A stretch of DNA of 20,797 bases, from IMG/VR virus record IMGVR_UViG_2811995097_000007; one strand, written 5' to 3'. Shown in pieces: positions 15,125-20,797 of the stretch. The stretch is from an uncultured virus (IMG/VR IMGVR_UViG_2811995097_000007). Taxonomy: Duplodnaviria; Heunggongvirae; Uroviricota; Caudoviricetes. Numbering within the stretch: the stretch's first letter is position 1; every line of letters begins with the position of its first letter. The notes under the pieces were generated by a model. It was not told the DNA's origin and did not search any database. It saw only the letters and a program-made list of their open reading frames with translations. A program made the translations under genes and the position numbers.

Positions 15125-15695
15125 CTGTAAGCTCGTATTTCTTCAATTTATCAAGCGTTTTTTTCATTTTACTAATATCTAGTCCCAAATCACTTAGTTC
15201 TTTCAACGACGAGGAAATCGATTTAATAGCATCCAATGCCTGTATATATTTACCTCGCAAGTCGTATGTTGGCAGACTCAGTTCTTTTGCTGTGACGTAT
15301 TCTATAACGCACCCATTGCTGTAGTGCCATCCATCATTAAAAATCATTTTTTTGGAATACTTACCAATAACAGCACACCAAAGCGCCAAGTATTTCTCTT
15401 GAGACCATTTTGGCATATCAAAACAAGCCGGATCAATAACATACTCATTGGTCTTTTTCCTAATCTCGGCTGTTATTGATTTTGACTCCATGCAATTTGG
15501 GGTAAGCACATTTTCCATAAATGACTGCTCATACTCATTTGATCCTTGATCAAAATTATTACTCTTAATCCATTCGATAAAGCGCAAGCCATTTGTCATT
15601 GGAGTGCTAAAGTAGATTCCTTTATTATCTCCGAGGACGCATGCTATTATATTGCATGCTGAACGGACCGAGTCGTCTAGTGTAAATGATTTCAT
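15111..15695 (-). CDS. Nucleoside 2-deoxyribosyltransferase-superfamily (DUF4406-like) protein
   Basis: 'IYFSTPMTNG', 'VIDPA', 'W...Y...W', 'IFNDGWHYSNGCVIEYVTAKELSLP', matching the IY.S.P.TG / .PA / GW..S.G...E...A..L pattern. Confidence 0.72.
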   Translation of the reverse strand: MKSFTLDDSVRSACNIIACVLGDNKGIYFSTPMTNGLRFIEWIKSNNFDQGSNEYEQSFMENVLTPNCMESKSITAEIRKKTNEYVIDPACFDMPKWSQEKYLALWCAVIGKYSKKMIFNDGWHYSNGCVIEYVTAKELSLPTYDLRGKYIQALDAIKSISSSLKELSDLGLDISKMKKTLDKLKKYELTDVQR

Positions 15696-17935
15696 ATGGC
15701 AGATTCAAAAAGCTCATTCAGTTCGGGGTCATTGCATTTCTCTTTGAAAAACTTGTGCAACTCATTGCCTTTCATAAAGCTCAGTTTATGCTTTATGCAC
15801 TTAATAAAGTCTGAGTCACTTTTCGAGTGGTCTTTGATGAGCTTAAAGCCTTCCTGCTCACAATCTTGGTTAACAATTGCATACAGAAGAGCATACTCTA
15901 CTACCAAAGAATGTCCTCCATCTATAATGCTTATATTCTCTTTCTCATCTTTCTCGTACAACCGCCCTCGATAATGATCGAGTTTGATTGAAGGGTACCG
16001 ATCTCCCTTGAGATCTTTAAAGGTGCACCCCGCAGTACTTTTAGCAACAGCGGGATCTGTTACTATTTTTTTGCGTAAAGAATACGCTGGAGGCATTAAG
16101 GGTAATATAAAGTCAACTCGTCCTTTTCTTTTTATTGCAGGATCGATTCTCTCTTCATAGTTTGTAGCAATGATGAAAATTGACCTCTCTCGCTTTCGCA
16201 AATCATTAATCTTGGGGAGCATGCCCGGGGTCATAAACTGAAAAATTCCAGTCTGCTCTCTGTAACGAGAAGTCTCCCTATCAAGCAAAAACTGATCGAT
16301 CTCATCGAACAGAATTACTGCGTCTTTCTGTTCCTCTAAACACTTAAATATTGCTTTAGCCCTCGCTTCAACCTCACCAGCTCCTCCAGCAAGGAAATCA
16401 CTGGGGGTAACTGTAATGAACTTCCACTTGAGTGCTTTAGCAATATTCTCTCCAACCGTGCTTTTCCCAGTGCCAGGGGGGCCATATAAGAGCATCGAGT
16501 AGTGCTCGGCTTTAGTACTTCTATTTCTGGGCTTAATAAATTTATCCCCTATAAAACTATATATTCTGAGCCTGCTGTTGAGGCCAAGCTCTTGAATTGG
16601 TTCGAATTTATCGACAATGTTATTATCCCAATAAACTGTTGCTTCTTTATTCTTATTGCTTGCTTTGCGGATTGGTTGCTCGACTTTAAGACCCGATGCT
16701 TCCAAACTTCTACGAGCAATTCTATCCTGCAAAATATGCCTATAATTAATCAAAAAACACAAAATTTCACTTGTTTGGAAGAGGTGGATTTCATTTTCAC
16801 CTCCGACATGCTCGGAAGCCCAGCCCCAACATGGCTTTTGTTCACTATCACTATTGATATCAACTTCTCTGATTTGAGCTTTAAGCCATCTGAAGTATCT
16901 TTTGAACATAGCAGAGTGCTTTGAAAAAAGACTTTCCTTGCTGTCGTCATGGTCAAGCAAGCAGCAAATCCGTAACAATGAGTTTGCAACTTCTACGCTC
17001 AGTGGCAATAAGATTTGACCTTGTGCTGTTGCATAGATTGGATTGATTGGTCGCCAATATGGAGTCAAATTCTGAACGGCCTCAAGTACCTCAAAGGCTC
17101 GTTGAATTGTTTCTTGACTGACGGCCTCTCTCTTGCTCCTAAGCGCGCCCTCAAGACTAAATACTAACTCTGCAGGATCAAAACGACTGTCAGGTATATC
17201 ACTATAAGAAAGGTGAAGGTGAAGGCGTCTTTCAAAAAAATCAAATGGGTCACTGGGCTCTTGAGAGCCCACCTTCTTTATTAGCTGCAACAACCGCAAA
17301 GATATGAATGAGTGAACGTTTTTTTCTGGTGGCTTGATATCATACTGAGTCCCGGATGGACCCACCTTTTTTTCTGGTGGAAATTCAAGAATTTCATTGG
17401 AGGCAAACGCTCCCATCCTGTTAGCTTGTTTTTTTATTGTATTTATTACATTAGAGTCGCCTGAGTCATCTAAGCCATCTTTAAATAATTCTGCACACCA
17501 CAGAAGTGAAAGTGGATCATTGTCGCCATAGGTTGCAGAACTGGTAATAGGTTTGTTTTTGTTCATCCTATCCACAATTCTTTCACGATACTCTTCAAGG
17601 GCTAACTGGCTGTTCTCCGACCAATCAGTTGGGCACTCCATACCAGGAAGACAAAAAACTGACTCAGCAGGTACTTTAGGAAATAGTACATCCCTATCGA
17701 CATTGCGATCCTCTGCAAGCCTAACCATTGTCAAAATCATTGAATTGGTGCTGGTAGAATATCCTTCTGGAAAATCAGGCTTAGTACTGTTTACCTTATA
17801 TGGCCACGCCATCTTATCTTTTGAAAATGTATGGCTGAAGGTGTGAAGTACCTTTTTTATGATTGAATCAAGTTCTTCTAGTTCTTGAAAATCTTTCTTG
17901 TACTCATTTTGAAAATACACTTCGAGATCGTTCAT
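15692..17935 (-). CDS. Classical-clade AAA+ ATPase with a large (about 430 aa) uncharacterised helical N-terminal domain
   Basis: Walker A LLYGPPGTGKS, Walker B VILFDEID, sensor-1 IIATN, second region of homology IDPAIKRKGRVD. TAAGGT RBS. Confidence 0.9.
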   Translation of the reverse strand: MNDLEVYFQNEYKKDFQELEELDSIIKKVLHTFSHTFSKDKMAWPYKVNSTKPDFPEGYSTSTNSMILTMVRLAEDRNVDRDVLFPKVPAESVFCLPGMECPTDWSENSQLALEEYRERIVDRMNKNKPITSSATYGDNDPLSLLWCAELFKDGLDDSGDSNVINTIKKQANRMGAFASNEILEFPPEKKVGPSGTQYDIKPPEKNVHSFISLRLLQLIKKVGSQEPSDPFDFFERRLHLHLSYSDIPDSRFDPAELVFSLEGALRSKREAVSQETIQRAFEVLEAVQNLTPYWRPINPIYATAQGQILLPLSVEVANSLLRICCLLDHDDSKESLFSKHSAMFKRYFRWLKAQIREVDINSDSEQKPCWGWASEHVGGENEIHLFQTSEILCFLINYRHILQDRIARRSLEASGLKVEQPIRKASNKNKEATVYWDNNIVDKFEPIQELGLNSRLRIYSFIGDKFIKPRNRSTKAEHYSMLLYGPPGTGKSTVGENIAKALKWKFITVTPSDFLAGGAGEVEARAKAIFKCLEEQKDAVILFDEIDQFLLDRETSRYREQTGIFQFMTPGMLPKINDLRKRERSIFIIATNYEERIDPAIKRKGRVDFILPLMPPAYSLRKKIVTDPAVAKSTAGCTFKDLKGDRYPSIKLDHYRGRLYEKDEKENISIIDGGHSLVVEYALLYAIVNQDCEQEGFKLIKDHSKSDSDFIKCIKHKLSFMKGNELHKFFKEKCNDPELNELFESAI

Positions 17936-18232
17936 ATTTAACCTTAGTATCCTTTGGAGTTTTCAGCGTGACATTGAGGACTGAATAACTAAAGCAAGCA
18001 TAATGAGCAACAAGATGAATTCTAGGGACAAAATGGCTATTGGAAGACTTTAATCTTTGTGGGGAAAGAGCATTTTGCAAACAACAAGAGGATGGGAATA
18101 TTTCAGTGATTTTTCAAAAGTTACAAATGTTTAGAATGCTTTTTTTAAAAAAATTCTGCTGAATAGTGTTTTTTTACAAATCTTAATTAATAGTCTTGAA
18201 AGTCTGATGCCTGCCTTCGAAAACACAAAGCT

Positions 18233-19243
18233 TCATCGTGCCTTACCTGCTAACCTATCAGCTAGCCTACTGGATCTTAAGTGAGTATAGCGTTTCAACA
18301 TCTGCAAATTCTGATGCCCCGTGATCTCCGCTATCTCCAAAATGTCCAGATCAGTGCTTTCAAATAGTCTCGATGTGGCTTCATGTCGAAGATCGTGGAA
18401 AGTCAGATCTGTAATCTCTGCCTCCTCTCTCGCCCTTCGCATTGCAATCGTTATAGCGTTTTCACTCATCCCAAATACTGAGCCTGAAATCTGTCGAGGG
18501 ATGCTTTTTAGTATTCCTAATGCAGTTGGTGAGAGAGGTACTATTCTTTCGGACATATTTTTTGTTTCAGAAAGATAAGCCGTCCTACCCTGAAGGTCGA
18601 CTTTGTCCCACTTGAGATTGGCTATTTCAGATCGGCGCATGGCCGTTTCAATTGCAAATTGAACTACCGGTCGGAAGCGCTCTCCACAAGCTTCTATAAG
18701 GCGTTCCTCTTCACTCTTTGCGCCTTCGCTCGGAGCCGGCTGCAATCTGCGGGTTCTGCCTCCATTCAATTTGGGCTTTCTGGCCCGTTTTACCGGATTG
18801 CTCAGGCTTTCCATGCCCCAATCGTTTCCGGCAACTTCGAATAATCGTGAAAGTATTGCCAGATCAAGACGGATGGTGTTGGGCTTCACTCCCTCTTCTT
18901 CGCGTTCCCTGATGAACTCGGCAATGTGTTTGCTGCGGATGGTGGCAAGGTACAGATTTGCTATTTCTCGCTGCTGTAGAGCTCTAGCGCGGCGTGTTTC
19001 ATTGGCAACCATTTTGAGGTTGGGGATGTACTCTTCGATGAAGCGGTCCAGAGCTTCATAAAGTGTGGTAGACTCAGCCTCTTTGCGGGAGACAAATACA
19101 CCGCGGTCCATCTCATTTTCAATATCTCGTGCCCACTGTTCGGCGTCTGACTTTCGCTCAAAGGTTTTGCTCTGAGCGGGGTAGCCTTTGCGCCTAACTT
19201 TAGCTTGCCATTGATGTTTGCCGCGTTTGGAGATCGTAGCCAT
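18233..19243 (-). CDS. Tyrosine recombinase / site-specific integrase
   Basis: Catalytic set ETAMRRSEI (R), TKN (K), FHDLRH (HxxR), TGH (H), KRYTH (Y). N-terminal arm-binding-like 'WQAKVRRKGYPAQSKTF'. Confidence 0.95.
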   Translation of the reverse strand: MATISKRGKHQWQAKVRRKGYPAQSKTFERKSDAEQWARDIENEMDRGVFVSRKEAESTTLYEALDRFIEEYIPNLKMVANETRRARALQQREIANLYLATIRSKHIAEFIREREEEGVKPNTIRLDLAILSRLFEVAGNDWGMESLSNPVKRARKPKLNGGRTRRLQPAPSEGAKSEEERLIEACGERFRPVVQFAIETAMRRSEIANLKWDKVDLQGRTAYLSETKNMSERIVPLSPTALGILKSIPRQISGSVFGMSENAITIAMRRAREEAEITDLTFHDLRHEATSRLFESTDLDILEIAEITGHQNLQMLKRYTHLRSSRLADRLAGKAR

Positions 19244-19806
19244 TATCTTGCCTCTTCTAAGTGGGGGAGTGCGCGGAGCAGCCAGCCAGGAACTTCTTCG
19301 TCGGTGAGAGTTATGCTTCCGTTCGTGATAGTTGCTACAGTTCGGTCCTGCCGTCTGGAATTATCGATGATGACAGCACGGTCAACCACCGAAAGCGCTT
19401 TCTCCAGATTGTTCATACTGCGGCCATACCTTCGAATGACGTCTTCATCCGGGACATGGTGACCGCCAAGGGCGACTCTTTGTTTGATGCGGTGGATGGA
19501 GTCTTGTGGGCTTTCCAGGGCAACATAAAACAGCTCCACATCATATCCGTTTTGCTTGGCGAGCTGCATGAGCTTGAAATCAAAATTTGATGTCATAGTG
19601 GATTCTTTGGCGAAAGATATGCCCTCGGCAATGAATCGTTTCACTCTTCTTGATGTCTCTTTACCTGCAGCAATGGGGTGGAGGTCTTCGAGCTTGGCGA
19701 TCAGGTCAGGGTCAACCACCGGCATGATGTCTCGGAGGCTTGTTTTAGTCGTGAAGGTGCTTTTGCCGGAACCGTTGGGTCCACATATCATGAGTAGGAG
19801 GGGCAT
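19243..19806 (-). CDS. Zeta-toxin-like P-loop kinase (COG4185-like)
   Basis: GPNGSGKST, VDPD, 'SFAKEST', 'RVALGGHHVPDEDVIRRYGRS', 'IIDNS'. Confidence 0.87.
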   Translation of the reverse strand: MPLLLMICGPNGSGKSTFTTKTSLRDIMPVVDPDLIAKLEDLHPIAAGKETSRRVKRFIAEGISFAKESTMTSNFDFKLMQLAKQNGYDVELFYVALESPQDSIHRIKQRVALGGHHVPDEDVIRRYGRSMNNLEKALSVVDRAVIIDNSRRQDRTVATITNGSITLTDEEVPGWLLRALPHLEEAR

Positions 19807-19994
19807 TATGTGGATTCCTGAATGAGTTCAACTTTACCGTTGGGGAGTTCTATGACCAAGTTTCCCTTGGCATCGCGGTATGTGATAGGGATTTCTTTAT
19901 TCAGAATGTGAGACAAGAAATAGTCCTGATTTTCGTGAGATTGAGCTGCCAACTCAATAATGCTGGGATTTGTGTTTTTTTTGATGGTTGCCAT
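19806..19994 (-). CDS. Small partner protein of the zeta-like kinase (putative antitoxin)
   Basis: 62 aa, TAATG-coupled to the kinase, 'IPITYRDAKGNLVIELPNG'. Confidence 0.6.
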   Translation of the reverse strand: MATIKKNTNPSIIELAAQSHENQDYFLSHILNKEIPITYRDAKGNLVIELPNGKVELIQEST

Positions 19995-19996
19995 GA

Positions 19997-20797
19997 TTAA
20001 TCCTTATCGTTCAAATGACTATAGTATTGTTGATCCATGAGGTAGTCTTCTTCCTCTTGTGCGCGTTCAAGATCGTGCCAACACTCATTGCAGGCTTCGA
20101 ATTCGTCAGCCCGGCTCATGCTTAAATCACTTTCCAAGGTTATCTCATCGCAAATCTCACAGTAAAAGGCGTATTCTTTGTGCTGGCAAGTAAAGCAAGT
20201 GTTGATGCCTTCGTCAGCGACAAAGGTTGTAAATCCACAAATTGGGCAATCTGTCAGCTCACTATAGTTGTTTTCCTTTATGATTTTTAACGCAGTCTCG
20301 TATTGCACTAAGGTGTGCTTATAGTCAGAGATTATAATTTCCCACACATCTTTAGTGCATAAGTCTTTGACAGAAAGTTTGAATTGTAGCTCGCAGAAAT
20401 TCGAAATGTAATTCAGTATCCTACTGAATAAATATTTTTGTTCCGATTCAATCGAAATACTTCCATGGATAATGTCGTTTCTACACTTCACAGCCAATAA
20501 CAGATCGCTTGCAGGCTTCCTTTTGCCGCTTTCCGCATATTCAATATTTAATTGACATAAGGCATTAAGGCGATGAGCTGCTTTTTGGATGGAAACGGTT
20601 TTGGTTCTTTTGTCAACGTCACTGAAAATCAACCATTCATGCTCTCTTCTAAGGCGCTCTTTAAAGAAAAGCTCAACAGCTTGAACCAAGTTGGAGATGG
20701 CGAATTTCCATTCATGATCGTTTTCTTTGGCGGCCACAGCTTTTTTTAAGGATTCAGCAAGATAGCTTTGTGCATTTTCATAGAGCGACAGTTTCAT
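19997..20797 (-). CDS. HEPN-like domain plus C-terminal Zn-ribbon protein (start lies at the window edge)
   Basis: N-terminal helix 'QAVELFFKERL', RxxxxH motif RNDIIH, four CxxC pairs (CPIC, CFTC, CEIC, CNEC). Confidence 0.65.
   Translation of the reverse strand: MKLSLYENAQSYLAESLKKAVAAKENDHEWKFAISNLVQAVELFFKERLRREHEWLIFSDVDKRTKTVSIQKAAHRLNALCQLNIEYAESGKRKPASDLLLAVKCRNDIIHGSISIESEQKYLFSRILNYISNFCELQFKLSVKDLCTKDVWEIIISDYKHTLVQYETALKIIKENNYSELTDCPICGFTTFVADEGINTCFTCQHKEYAFYCEICDEITLESDLSMSRADEFEACNECWHDLERAQEEEDYLMDQQYYSHLNDKD

Larger units (their letters stand above)
12729..20797 (-). mobile_element. AT-richer accessory/defence-type island with integrase; boundaries not resolved
   Basis: Composition shift relative to the prophage, all genes on the minus strand, two TA-like pairs, a HEPN-like gene, an AAA operon and a tyrosine integrase. 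Confidence 0.65.

Noticed and set aside
13763..17935. Assignment of the operon to CBASS type III, IetAS, Thoeris or a housekeeping PEP synthase
   Set aside because: No cyclase/HORMA, S8 protease, or SIR2/Macro partner is present, and the kinase-like protein lacks the pyruvate-binding barrel.
17936..18232. att site or promoter in the AT-rich gap between integrase and AAA operon
   Set aside because: No tRNA fragment or direct repeat partner is visible, and many weak -10-like hexamers cannot be distinguished.
18233..19243. Shufflon or integron interpretation of the recombinase
   Set aside because: No repeated sfx-like inversion sites or attC-like hairpins were seen between neighbouring genes.

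Overview
The window has two parts. Positions 1 to about 12675 are the GC-rich terminal third of a transposable (Mu-like) prophage with the B3/BcepMu-type layout. The late operon runs leftward (holin, SLT endolysin, Rz-like gene with a nested Rz1-like lipoprotein, DUF2730-like gene). An accessory gene and the repressor follow, then a rightward early operon (gp16/Ner-like, DDE transposase, transposition ATPase, DUF3164, small accessory ORFs, GemA, Mor/C) that ends at a repeat-rich candidate phage end. Positions from about 12729 to 20797 are an AT-richer, all minus-strand island: a VbhA-Fic toxin-antitoxin pair, a tightly coupled three-gene operon, and a coupled run of HEPN/Zn-ribbon gene, small ORF, zeta-like P-loop kinase and tyrosine integrase. 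The three-gene operon (17935-13763) is the best candidate for an undescribed system. It encodes a classical AAA+ ATPase with a large helical N-domain, a nucleoside-deoxyribosyltransferase/DUF4406-like protein, and a protein with two PEP-synthase-like ATP-grasp modules plus a phospho-His swivel motif. I cannot match it to a named system. All family calls come from motif recognition by eye, not from database searches.
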